A DNA stretch of 60,387 nt, counting the filler, from Squatina squatina (lineage: Eukaryota), in assembly GCA_031763465.1 (NCBI GenBank). It is 4 parts of 4 records of this genome, joined end to end, with 100 filler letters (N's around TTAATTAATTAA, not from the genome) between each part and the next. Parts side by side here need not be neighbours in the genome. Positions count along the whole stretch, not along the records: positions 32,622 to 47,368 come from JARFOE010000080.1; positions 47,469 to 60,387 come from JARFOE010000233.1; 2 more parts are not named here. The stretch is one strand, 5' to 3'. The notes below the pieces were generated by a model that saw nothing but the letters and a program-made list of their open reading frames with translations, did no database searches and had not been told where the DNA came from. A program made the translations under genes and the position numbers. This document shows positions 37,887-50,576 of the stretch, one piece after another. The first letter of the stretch is position 1; each line of letters begins with the position of its first letter.

Positions 37887-38825
37887 NNNNNNNNNNNNNN
37901 NNNNNNNNNNNNNNNNNNNNNNNNNNNNNNNNNNNNNNNNNNNNNNNNNNNNNNNNNNNNNNNNNNNNNNNNNNNNNNNNNNNNNNTTTCTTGATTTTTT
38001 TTATTAATTCGTTTAGAAACACTGAGCAATGAAGTAAACTACTTGAGTGCGTATCATTGTGCCATTTGCATGTGAAAGCACCATGATAAAAATAAACTAT
38101 GGCCCTTTATCCTCTCTCGCTTTTTTGTGGAAGACAATGTGGTAGATTTAAACTTTGGGTGGACACGAGGCAGATGGGGCAGGAGCCTCATTTGCATAAT
38201 TGTGGCGAGCTACGAGCGCTCTTTGGGCACTTACAGGGTTAGGCTCACCAGTTGGAAGGGGGGCGGGAATTTCTGCAAAAACTCCTGCGGAAACACCTGA
38301 ACTGTGGAGCCAAGCAGGAAATATTCTCCTTGGGATGGGGTGCGGGCAAGGAGGGTCCAGCAGGAGAACGGAAGATTTTTGCGGGTGTAGAAATACCATA
38401 AATGCTCTTTTAGGCCCCAGAAAAATCTTTTAAAAAGTAAAGATGTGATTGAACTACATTCTGCCTCTTGGTACCTGCAACCAGTGTTGGTCCGTGATAT
38501 TACAAATAGGCTCCCAGTTGAGACAGGCTGAAACCTGGGCTGTCCTGCTGAAGGCCATGAAGAAAATGGCGGCAGCCATCCCAGGAGCAGAAACAGGTTG
38601 GTAAGTACAGTTCCCACCACTTCAAACGTCCATGTTGAAAACTGGCTATCCATTATAGCGGCCAAAAAGCAACAATCATTCTACATTTGCCATAACGTCA
38701 GTTCCAAAGTTGTCGGTTACAGCGTCTTAGGTGCTCTGTTTATTTTGGGCAATAACAGCTGTGCTTCCTAGTTTGCACCTTGTTAAGATGGGCTGGATGC
38801 AAGAACAAACAAGATGTAAATAACA

Positions 38826-39400
38826 TCTGAGAATGCTGGAAATACTCAGCAGGTGAGGCAGCATCTGTGGAGAGAGAAACAGAGTCAACGTTTCAGGTCA
38901 ACGACCCTTCGTCAGAACTGGAAAATATTAGAATTGTAGCAGGTTTTTAAGCAAGTGCAGGGGCAGGGAAAGGGGGGAGGGGGAGAAAGAACAAAAGGGA
39001 AGGTCTGTGATAGGGTGGAAGGTAGAAAAGATTAAGAGACATTCAGAGATGGTGCAAGACAAAAGGAAGTTGCAATGGGTAAGTTAAATAAAAGAAATAA
39101 AAGAGGTGTCTAGATAGGGTGTAAATGGGGAATGCAATAGACGGTAGAGGGAAACAAAAGCTGAAAATAACTAAATGAATAAAAAAATATATATAGGGCA
39201 GAGGTTATGGTCTGAAATGGATGAACTCGATGTTGAGTCCAGAAGGCTGTAAAGTCCCTAATTGGAAGATGAGGTGCTGTTCCTCGAGCTTACATTGAGC
39301 TTCATTGGAACAGTGTAAGAGGTCAAGGACAGAGAGATCAGAGTGGGAATGAAGCAGAGAATTAAAGTGACAGGCGACTGGAAGCTCGGGGTCACGCTTA
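38826..39400 (-). mobile_element. Penelope-like retroelement 3' part: GIY-YIG endonuclease C-terminus plus pseudo-LTR tail
   Basis: The reverse strand reads KRDPELPVACHFNSLLHSHSDLSVLDLLHCSNEAQCKLEEQHLIFQLGTLQPSGLNIEF, followed by a pyrimidine-rich UTR and a hammerhead motif. Confidence 0.88.
38881..38920 (-). ncRNA. Putative minimal type I hammerhead ribozyme
   Basis: Minus strand: cagtt-CTGACGA-ag-GGTC-gtt-GACC-t-GAAAC-GT-T-gact. Confidence 0.6.
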
Positions 39401-40117
39401 TATAGTGTAAGTTCTTTCTTTTCTTGTTACATATTTGAACAGCATGCAGAAAGTCAATAACTTACCCTGAATATCTGCAATAAACTCTTCTATTTTAAAT
39501 ATATACCTACGTAAATAAGCAGGCTTCTAGATATTAATAGTCCATCACTGGGTAGGTGTATCTACCCTACACCAATCTGCTCATGCCTTTCTTCACTTCT
39601 TAGGTTTATGTATTATTAACTAAGTGTATTCACCACTGAGGGCATATCAGAATTTCATTAAATCAGTGTCATTTATAACAAGGAAATCTGTACTTGCATA
39701 TACATAAGGCAGTTATACAAAGTTTTTGCATGTAAATGGTCTAATTTTCAACACGAAACCCCCAGTTGGATTATATAACAAGTAGTGGTACAGCTCTCCA
39801 GATAGTGCTGTCGTTAGTGCTGAATACATATTTACAGGTGGATTATTCTGCAGATGGTCTGAAAAGACTAAAAGAAAATTACTGGAAAGAAACCCAGAAC
39901 AGGCAATTGCCAAAGGAAGCATCATTGGAATGAAGATATCTTAGGCTGCCAAGGTATTACCACTTCACACTAACTCAAAAGTGAAAGTTTCACTCATGGA
40001 AGTCTGATTAGCATTCTGACTTCTGAATGCAGTATATCAAGTCTGGTAAAAGTACTTCCAATAGTTGCTTTAACACTGTATTACTATGCATAGGCCTACC
40101 TTCGATCAAACGCATAA

Positions 40118-40179
40118 GTGGCTCTTGGACATTACAATGATGTAGTGTAGTCTACATCATCATAATGTCCAAGAGCCAC
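40118..40179. repeat. Near-perfect inverted repeat (28-bp arms, 6-nt loop)
   Basis: gtggctcttggacattacaatgatgtag-tgtagt-ctacatcatcataatgtccaagagccac; 26 of 28 positions are Watson-Crick pairs. Confidence 0.95.
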
Positions 40180-40670
40180 ATAAGCAAAGCCCAGCAGAAG
40201 AGAGGTGACTTCCCAAAAATCCAGTACATTTATAGTGAACTATTGATCTTATGCACTCCATTTGCACCACATTTAAGTATCTCTGCTGTACACATGAAAG
40301 TTGGTGGCATGCTTGGAGTGATAAATTAAATATAAATATAAACAGCTAATCGCTATCCAGATATTGTCAGCTGCTTTAGCAGTTTTCTCATTCTAAGGAC
40401 GCCCAATTCGACTGCCCAGAGTTTCTGGCACTAAGGGACGAATTGGGGTGCGCAAACTTCAGGTCTTTGAAATTTTTTTTAAAAGTCAAGCAATTCGACA
40501 CTTAAAAAAAACCTCAGACAGCTTTAAAAAACGTGCTTATTTCAGCGCTAAAGGGCCTATACTTTGCGCTNNNNNNNNNNNNNNNNNNNNNNNNNNNNNN
40601 NNNNNNNNNNNNNNNNNNNNNNNNNNNNNNNNNNNNNNNNNNNNNNNNNNNNNNNNNNNNNNNNNNNNNN

Positions 40671-40920
40671 GTCTGGAGTCACATATAGGCCAGATACGGA
40701 TGGCAGATTCCCTTTCTGAAAGGACATTAGTGCACCAGATGGTTTTTATGACAATCTGATAGTTTCATCATCACTGACATTAGCATTTTTATTCCAGATT
40801 ATTTAATTAACTGAATTTAAATTCTCCAGCTGCTGTGGTGGGATTTGAACTCACATCGCTGGATCAATAGTCCAAGCCCCTTGAAGTGCAAGTCCTGCAA
40901 CTTAACTACTACGTTACCGA
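40671..40920 (-). mobile_element. tRNA-derived SINE (family not named)
   Basis: The reverse strand has a B-box gagttcaaatccc followed by the body ...actaatgtcctttc...ggaatctgcc...gtgactccagac. Confidence 0.65.
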
Positions 40921-42546
40921 GTTTACTTACCAAAATGGAGGGGAACTTCAATTTCCTTTTAGAAAAATGTTCGCCAATTGGGATTGAGAGACACCTATGA
41001 GAATGAAGTGTGTATTTAATTGCTGACAGAGGCTCGGCAACAATCAGAAGCCAATGGTCTATGGAGCTATTCCATCTCTAGCAAATTCTGGCTGAATTTC
41101 TTGTTTTCATGAGATTGATGATTGTGGAAAGAAATCATTTAGAATTTAGTTCCACGCAGAATGCTTGACAGGTGGGAATATTTACATGATTCCAGAAAAT
41201 CCATTCTGAGAGATACAATGGGAGAAAGCTGGTGAATGCCGAGTAAACTGTGTTCCCTCATGTTAACGATTATCCATCTTACTCAGCTCCACAATTTTGT
41301 CACTCAGAGTAACATGTCCTATTAATATCTATAACAATGTTCCCTACTCTTGGCACAACACAAACAGATTTGATTAACAGACCAAAGTATATTCTGGTGT
41401 GGCTGGAGCTTTCATTATTAACAGCAATGGTTGCTAGATATAATCAAATGTTCACAAAAGGATCTAGCTGAAGAGAAGCTTAAAGACAGCGAATGGATGA
41501 TACAATTATTTGGAATGCATTTAAAGTTATTTTATGGGTGATAAGAAAGGGAGTGGAAAGATGAGACTCTGCAATGAAAAATTTAGAGAAGTAACAAATA
41601 TGCTTCTTGCTCTATTAGGTTAAAATGAACCCAGTTGAAGAGGGCTAAGCAGGAAATGAATTGCTTTATTACTGAAAAGCTGAATTATGTTTCTGACACT
41701 GTTATTGTGACTTGCTTGAGGAGCTCGCACAGGTTACCAGGGCCATGGAGGATATTAATTCACAGTTGGAGCAGTTTTATGATGCATTACATACTTTCGA
41801 AAATTAAGTTTGGAATCTTTGTACAGTCGTAAATCCTCTTGTAAGTTCAAATGAAGAAAAATAATCTTTGGAAAATCTTTTCATGAAAATTATTTTTAGG
41901 GCTATCAGCCACCATATAAAGGTAAGTGAAATATATAATCACTAGTATTGGAGAGTCCTGTTTAGCAGAAGTAACTCAATTCTAAAAACCTTGATCCTAA
42001 TGGCTATACCAGAAAAATGTTTCAACCAAAAAATCCTGAATCTTGATATCCAAATTCTTTAGAATATTTAATTCCTTTGCTGCAAGGAGGGAAACCCAAA
42101 ATGCTTGAGGCAATCCTGCTCTGCTTCCTCTTATTATCTTTTTGGTAGCCTGAATTCAAAATCAGTTTGCTTGTCTTTCTTTACTGGTGGCCTTGCCCCC
42201 CTCTCTATCTCTGTAACCTCTTCCAATCCTCTCTGATCTTTGTGCTCCTCCACTTCTGGCCTCTTTGTGCATCCCTGATTTCCATTGCTGGCTGTGCCTT
42301 CAGCTGCCTGGATCCTAAACTCTGGAGTTCCCTCTCTGATTGATTCTCCTTTTGTCTACCTCTTTGACCAAGCTCTTGGTCATCTGTCCAAATCTTCTGT
42401 GGCTTGGTGTCCAGTTGATAATGTACCTCTTGACCCAAATCTGCCCNNNNNNNNNNNNNNNNNNNNNNNNNNNNNNNNNNNNNNNNNNNNNNNNNNNNNN
42501 NNNNNNNNNNNNNNNNNNNNNNNNNNNNNNNNNNNNNNNNNNNNNN

Positions 42547-42780
42547 ACGGACACGGCCAAGGGCCATGTCAACCATGGTAGAGGAGAATCCTCGGTTGAC
42601 GAAAAAGTCCTTGGCCTCTGTCCTTGGCCTCTTACATTGTTGCAATGGACCGCTTTGCAGAACACCTCTGTTCAGTCCGTAAGCATGACCCTGGCTTCTG
42701 GTCACCTGTCACTTTAATTCTCGGCTTCCTTCCCACTCTGATCTCTCTGTGCTTGACCTCTTACACTTGTCCAATCTCAT
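42547..42780. mobile_element. Rearranged Penelope-like fragment (inverted junction)
   Basis: Minus-strand FFVNRGFSSTMVDMALGRVR is joined to plus-strand DRFAEHLCSVRKHDP...HSDLSVLDLLH. Confidence 0.75.
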
Positions 42781-43519
42781 TCCTTTTAGATTATATAGAT
42801 AGATACATTGTTGCCCTGTTATTCATGCGACTGTGTACATTCCAATCCAGTGCAGTTTTGCACTTGCTGTAATTCTTGATCAGATTTTGAATAATTAACT
42901 ATGTTGGTACATCAAAATATAAGTAATTGCAATGTTAGTGTGTAAAATCCCAGGAAGAATATGCAATTTGGTGAGTGGGACTAGGGATGGTGATTTGTTT
43001 GTGTGTGTAAAATTCTTGAGCATATAATTGAGTATGGATAGTATGGGTAATTTTGAAGTTAATGGTAATAAAAATAGGGAGAGACCTAACATGGGCTGCT
43101 GATTCGCTATCACTCATTTTGCACTTTTGCACAAAGTCAAGATTATGCTTTTTGTGTGTGTTTGTTTACAGATTATTAAGTGTTCATGTTTGTGTGTGTG
43201 ATCACAGATTATTTATTAAGTGTTTTTGTGTGAATAAAGATATTGATTCCTGAAGATGTATTCCTGTATAAGAGACAGCAATAGTGATTAAGGATGCTCA
43301 GTTATGTGAGAATACTTAGCGGTTGTGGATGATTACATTTTGCACAAGAAACCACTTTTCCACTGAGCACATTAATCATTCAGTCCTTCATTGTCATGCA
43401 TCAGGTTGTAACCGTGNNNNNNNNNNNNNNNNNNNNNNNNNNNNNNNNNNNNNNNNNNNNNNNNNNNNNNNNNNNNNNNNNNNNNNNNNNNNNNNNNNNN
43501 NNNNNNNNNNNNNNNNACT

Positions 43520-43667
43520 GGGGGTGTAATTGGTCTGTGTTGATGGACAATGGCGAATTGGCAGCCTGTTTTTCCACCCATTGAATTTTTTTCCATTGAA
43601 GTCAATGGAAAAGTAAATTGAGCGTGGTGTAAAATGAGCTATCGCCAAAGACCAATTTGACCCCCCG
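43520..43667. mobile_element. Short palindromic MITE
   Basis: TIRs gggggtgtaattggtct and agaccaatttgaccccc, with central palindrome ttccattgaagtcaatggaa. Relatives at ~43070-43145 and 54720-54865. Confidence 0.7.
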
Positions 43668-45989
43668 TTATATTTTTTAAAATAAGATACGTACCCAAGA
43701 TTGATAGAAGCTGGACATGGTGAATGGTTTCTAGCTGGTTATGTGGTTGTTCCATGGAGAGACATATGCCCCAAAGGATTGACAGACAGCGATACAGAGT
43801 TGGACCCAGGCACTACTAGTTACCTCTCACTCTGGCACTTTCAAATCCATATCAAAGTCGGCTTGAAGCACTAACTCTCACTGAAATTAATGCTCCAAGA
43901 TATATAGAGCTGTCCTGTAGTATAAATCACTGGAGTGGTTCAGGATGGAAGCAGAAGCCCTGAGTGTTGGATCTCCAGGGGACAGAAAATATGCTAATAA
44001 AACTAAGACATCTCCCAACAGATAGGAGATAAATTCATTAAAAAATACAAATAGGGGANNNNNNNNNNNNNNNNNNNNNNNNNNNNNNNNNNNNNNNNNN
44101 NNNNNNNNNNNNNNNNNNNNNNNNNNNNNNNNNNNNNNNNNNNNNNNNNNNNNNNNNNNNNNNNNNNNNNNNNNNNNNNNNNNNNNNNNNNNNNNNNNNN
44201 NNNNNNNNNNNNNNNNNNNNNNNNNNNNNNNNNNNNNNNNNNNNNNNNNNNNNNNNNNNNNNNNNNNNNNNNNNNNNNNNNNNNNNNNNNNNNNNNNNNN
44301 NNNNNNNNNNNNNNNNNNNNNNNNNNNNNNNNNNNNNNNNNNNNNNNNNNNNNNNNNNNNNNNNNNNNNNNNNNNNNNNNNNNNNNNNNNNNNNNNNNNN
44401 NNNNNNNNNNNNNNNNNNNNNNNNNNNNNNNNNNNNNNNNNNNNNNNNNNNNNNNNNNNNNNNNNNNNNNNNNNNNNNNNNNNNNNNNNNNNNNNNNNNN
44501 NNNNNNNNNNNNNNNNNNNNNNNNNNNNNNNNNNNNNNNNNNNNNNNNNNNNNNNNNNNNNNNNNNNNNNNNNNNNNNNNNNNNNNNNNNNNNNNNNNNN
44601 NNNNNNNNNNNNNNNNNNNNNNNNNNNNNNNNNNNNTATTTACAGTGCCATGAGTCATGAAGCTGGAAATTTAATTTATCCCCATGACAAATTATTAACA
44701 TATACCATTTGTGCAGGACTGACTGAAGTAGGTCCAGAGACTGAGTGGAGAATTGGGAAGGAATTCAATCCGAGCAATTTAATAAATGACAACAGTTGAA
44801 TAACAACAAAAAAATCAAACCATCTTTCTCCCTACGGTTGTGATCAATTTGTACTAGTAAAAGCTGTTATATGCTTGTAATAATGAACTTGTAATATTTC
44901 TGTACACCTGTCAATACTGAACTGTCTATAAATATTTTGTAATATATAGAATGTGTGATTCATTTACAGTAAGTGCTAGTGATGTGACATTTGGTACCGA
45001 TCATCTAAAAATGCTCTCTTTATCCTAAACTGTGTCTTCTTCTTGTTCAATTTTCCAGTTTTACTGCATAATTGTACTTTAAAATTAGGACTTTAAAAAT
45101 ACAGTATAAAGATCACAGGTGTGTAGTCTCTCCCTGCTCAAATGGATAGCTTTGCTCCCATCTCTCTCTTCCTCTGTGACTCATGTTTGAGGATGTAGCA
45201 CTGGATTCATGAGCCTTGGCTTCATACCAATAACTGTCATTAATTGCAAGAAACGCAGACAGAATTAAAGATGCGTCCTAGAATAGTTACCTACCGAGCA
45301 GCCAGCACCAGCCACTTCTATTCCCTGAAACCACCTACACAGGCCAGAATATGTCACGGTGAATGAGTCATTACTCTAACTGCAGTAATTGGCACACACA
45401 TCCATAATGGCATGGCATTCCCTAAAGGAAAAGGAACAGATAGCAGTACTCTCTGTACATAGTATTCCCCTATTTGTATTTTTTAAAATGAGGTTCTTTA
45501 ATTGTTAATGTACATGCTCTTGAATGCGCTTGCGTTAAATTTGCTTGTATGCTAATGGAGGTATTAGCCTATTTAAAATTAAAGGGTTAACAGTTTTATA
45601 AAAATAGCACAAAAGGAACTCCATATTAATATGCAGTGGCCAATTTTAAGACATTGGTGTCAGTGTGTTATATTCTCCAGCACTGCAACAACTTCAAACA
45701 ACTTACATTTATATTGCGCCTTTGATGTAAAGAACAGCCCAAGGCATTTCATAGATCGGCATGAAGGAATGTTAAGACTGAGTTAGGAAGGGGGAATCCA
45801 GGAAAATGATCAACGTCATGAGACGATCTTTACAGNNNNNNNNNNNNNNNNNNNNNNNNNNNNNNNNNNNNNNNNNNNNNNNNNNNNNNNNNNNNNNNNN
45901 NNNNNNNNNNNNNNNNNNNNNNNNNNNNNNNNNNNGCGCGAAATTCGGCGCTTAGCGCTAGAAACGCCCAAAACACGAATTGGGCGCCC

Positions 45990-46570
45990 TGCATCTGAAT
46001 GCATGGCATATTCGTAACAAAATAGATGAATTAATGGCACATATTGAGATAAATGGGTTTGATCTAGAAGCCATTACTGAGACGTGGTTATAGGGTGACT
46101 AAGGTTAGGAACTAATTATTCCAGGTTACGTGACTTTTAGAAAAGATAGGCAAAATGGAAAAGGAATTGGGGTAATCCTGATAATAAAGCATGAGATAAA
46201 GGCAGTCGTGATGAAAGATCTTAGCCTGGAAAACCAGGATGTAGAATCAGTTTAGGTGGAGCTAAAATATTAGAAAGGACAGAAAACACTGATGGGAGTA
46301 GGTTCTAGGCCCCCTAGATTACTGGTGCTGGACAGAGTGTTATTCAAAAAATTAGAGAAGCATGTAACAAGGGAAATGCAATAATCGTAGGGGACTTTAA
46401 TCTTCATATAGACTGGGCAAACCAAATTAGCAAAAGTAGCCTGGAAGACGAGCTCATGGTATGCATTCAAGACAGTGTTCAACAATATGTCAAGGAACCA
46501 GCCAAGGATCAGGCTATTTTAGATCTAGTATTGTATAATGAGACAGGGTTAATTATTAATCTTATAGTAA
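45990..46570 (+). mobile_element. CR1 LINE APE endonuclease fragment
   Basis: LNAWHIRNKIDELMAHIEINGFDLEAITETWL...FRKDRQNGKG...IIVGDFNLHIDW...AILDLVL, with stop codons. Confidence 0.9.
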
Positions 46571-46973
46571 TTATTCNNNNNNNNNNCAAAACTTTTTTTT
46601 TAAAATGGAGGTATGAGGGGCCAGGTGGCTAAGATACATTGGGAAATTAGATTCAAAGGGGGAGAAATTCGTTCGCACCGCGTTTGAATTTTGAAAATTT
46701 AGCGCCAGGCGCAAAGGACTTCTTCTAAATTCCCAGGAAGGAAGGGTGGCGGGGAGAGGGGAGGGCGATAAATCCAACGCTAATGGCCTCAGTGGGGTGC
46801 GAACATCAGAGCGTTACCCAATTTCAGGTGACTTGCATTCAGCAATCTTCCTTCAATCCTTCACACTGGCTCATTTCAGCTCGAAAAGGGAAGGTTCTAT
46901 CAACGTGTAGCTGCTCATTTTCACATGTTCTGAACCTGAAGGAGATCTGAGAGGAACTCCAAGAACCTTTTGC

Positions 46974-47230
46974 TATGGCTGCTGCTAATCCAGCTGTAAG
47001 GGAGAGAGTTTGTTGTTTCAATGATGTAGCATTGGTGGGGGCAGTCGAAAAAAGGAGGGAAGCTCTGTTCCCAGCAAGTGGAAGGAAGCCATTGCCCCAC
47101 ATCTTCAGGGCCACATGGAGGGAAATGGCAGAGGAGGTGTCATTCAATGCAGCCTCACACAGTGCCGTTAGAAATTCAATGACCTCAGTTGGGTGGTCAA
47201 GGTGATTACATGCTTCAACACCTTCTACAT
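46974..47230 (+). mobile_element. Harbinger ORF2 (Myb/SANT-like DNA-binding protein) remnant
   Basis: MAAANPAVRERVCCFNDVALVGAVEKRREALFPASGRKP...WREMAEEVS fits the trihelix/Myb-like pattern (F..., LF, W..iA..vn). Confidence 0.7.
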
Positions 47231-47368
47231 ACCAGCCTCTGAACCTCTGTCTGTGCGCACTGTTCAAACCACCACTCCCCCACCACATCCGGATGTCACA
47301 ACTTACCTACATTCACAGCTATTCAATGATGGCAGGCATATCTCCCAGACGCATAGCTGGATTCTGAC

Positions 47369-47468
47369 NNNNNNNNNNNNNNNNNNNNNNNNNNNNNNNN
47401 NNNNNNNNNNNNTTAATTAATTAANNNNNNNNNNNNNNNNNNNNNNNNNNNNNNNNNNNNNNNNNNNN
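47369..47468. other. Artificial scaffold-joining linker
   Basis: N44-TTAATTAATTAA (47413-47424)-N44. Confidence 0.95.
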
Positions 47469-50400
47469 TAGCATATTCATTGTTTTCATTTATTCTGAAA
47501 TCAGCATACAAGAAATGTCTCTTTAAGAATACTCCACATGGAATCATTCCCCCAGTGTCAGAATTGCAAGGTAAGGGATCTATTGCTGTGTCTCACACAA
47601 AGGAAAGTTTATTATTACTTACTTAGCATGTTAGCAAAGAGCCGAGGGAGGTTAATTGCCACAGCAAGACTGGTTGGAGTTTGCTGCTGATACTTAAGGG
47701 ACGGAAAGAGATCAACTGTACTGATTGGGGTAGAAATTGGTATGCACTGTGAATTCTTTCCAGGTGTAAAATGAGTGCAATGCCTACCAATTTAGTAGTG
47801 GGATGGCCTGCGCAGAATCTACGCAAGCATTGGTCCCACTGCTATATTCGCCGTACCCTTATTTTAGGCATCTGAGGCGGACGCTAAAAACAGGTGTTAT
47901 CCCCATAAAAATGTAAATCAGAGGCCTAACACCTGTTGAAAGACACCATCAAGAAATTAGTTGGCAATGAGCATGGCAGGAATTGGGACTACCTCTCTGA
48001 GGATTCTTTAGCAGCCCCTGCCAACCCCAGGTAATTAAAAAAAAATGTTTCTTTGTTATAATGCCCATCCTGTGGAGCCACGAGGAGCAGGAGTCATGAT
48101 TGGCCCTGACTGTAGCTTGCTCCAATTTTCTCTCCTGACATTAATATCCTCGCTTGGGCCGTCTGCCTGTGGAGGCATAACCAGCACCCGCAACTCGTGC
48201 CGAGTATGCTGAGGAGTTCGGAGGACCAATTTCCATTGATCCTCGGCCCTCTTAATACAGGTGTGCGGAAACAGGCCCAGACTAATTTCTAGGCCAATAT
48301 CTTTATGCACGTCTGGTTTCATGGGTAGACTTGAGTGCGTTAGAATGTTCAGTTTCAGCCTGCATAATATAGACAGCCTGAGGGCCGACACAGCAAGTGC
48401 AGCATACAGGAGATAAAAATATCATGAATTAATGTTGTACATTTCCACGTTAATGTGTTAGAATCAAATTTGAATACATTTTGTATTTTAATGATCCAGA
48501 GTGCAAATAAATCAGGCATGCTTAAGGAGCATTTTGTTTGTGGAAAATGGTTCATGATTCAAATATTAATGGAAATGATATTCCTTCATAATTGAAATGA
48601 GCATAAAAGATATGGTGCATTATTTAAGCTGTTAGTGTTAATGAAGTAGACCCCATTAGCCACAAGTTAATATCTTTCTATAGCCTTGGATTTGAACAGG
48701 CGACATTATTATGAAATATAGTGGTGCGATTAAAAAACTTCACAAAACTAGGGTGGAAACAAATCTCTGCACCCCAAAACGTCCAAAAGGAATGCTACAC
48801 TTTGCAGCTCATTGACAGGCCCTCGGGCTGGAAGTGACATCATTGGTGATGTGGCGTGTCTGTGAATGTAGTATCTTTGCATTTCACACATCGAAAGACA
48901 CAGACCCTGCTGAGCACTGACTATGTAAATGTTGTAAATGTGCGANNNNNNNNNNNNNNNNNNNNNNNNNNNNNNNNNNNNNNNNNNNNNNNNNNNNNNN
49001 NNNNNNNNNNNNNNNNNNNNNNNNNNNNNNNNNNNNNNNNNNNNNCCTGAGTACAAGCTGCCTTATGAGCTCTCCCACGTAACCTGGGAGCAGGATACTG
49101 GCAACCCAAAATCTGCAGGATTTGTGATTCTAAAAAACAACACTCGGAGAGGGCAAGGTGCAAGTGTGCGGAATTGCAATAAAATAGAAATACTCAACTA
49201 GGGAGGAAGCTAATGAGCAACAGAAAATTGATAGAGTAGTGAGAAAAAATTAATTACAAAAATCCATTGTGTAAAGCTGATGAGATGTCACAAGCCAGCA
49301 GCTGATGTGGTGGGAATTTTGAAACTAATTTCACAGTGAGAAAGCCAGATGAGAAGTGGTGGAGTTGTATAATTCAGAAGAGACGGATTAACCTGATTAA
49401 CAATGGCAAAATGATGGGGTCAAATTGAGTTCTCCTTTAAGATTCCTGCATGAAATAAGTTCAAAGTCATTTCAATTGAGTTTCCAGTTTCCAAAACTGT
49501 CCATCATTCAAAAATAGCCGAGCAATCTCACACAGAGAACCCATTAAAGAATAGATGACATGGAACATGAAAATAATACACTTTTGGAGGGAGTTAAGGG
49601 GGGGTGTCTTCTCAGACTAGGATTTAGCTGTGCCATTTTGTTATGTAGGAGGAGTGTAACACTCCATCTAATCTGCGCTGTGTTACTAGGAAAATGTTTC
49701 ATTCATCAGCCTTGGGATGAATTGAATAAAAATGTAAGAAGTAAACAAAATGATACTAGATACTAGTGAGGTTCAAGAGGTAGTACAGAGTGTTAAAAAT
49801 GTTCCCAGCTGTAGCAGGATTATTTTGTGCAAAAAATGTTATAGTTCCCACTGATTTTTCAGTAATTCGTTGCTCATTTGACCATCAGAGAATTGAGAGT
49901 TAAAATCCTTTGGCAGACTTGAACTGGACCTACAGCACACAATAACATATTGCATGGCTGTTGAGCTGACTGAATTGAGCATTTGTCATTATATCCTCTG
50001 TGCCCATAACTACTGTATAAGGAGCCAGCACTCTGCCTCAGGCTATTAAGGAAAACTAATAATCTGCTACCAGTGGGCGGCACGCTACATAAACTACCAT
50101 CCGTTCCATAATTGCATGTTCTGCTCTACTTTGGGCACATGTGGCTGCCACATAATTTTTCTGGATTTTTTTTCTGTTCTTACCCAGAATAAACTATTTG
50201 GATAATTTGTCATCATCAGTGAAAATTTATTCAAGGTCTCCTTCTACTTCTCTTGCTGTGGGACTGTGTGTCTCTTATCCTTGGCTCACATGGTAGCACT
50301 TATCTGGTTAGGGTTAAATAGCCCATATTCCCTCACTGTTAGGCTGCCTCAGATGTATTTCAAAACATATTGGAATCAAACTCATGTCACACATTACAGA

Positions 50401-50576
50401 AACAAATAGAACCATTTTTAAAGTATTGAAACTCAGTAGTTAAATCAATGAGCAGGCATTTGAAGAAAAAAAATGTNNNNNNNNNNNNNNNNNNNNNNNN
50501 NNNNNNNNNNNNNNNNNNNNNNNNNNNNNNNNNNNNNNNNNNNNNNNNNNNNNNNNNNNNNNNNNNNNNNNNNNNN

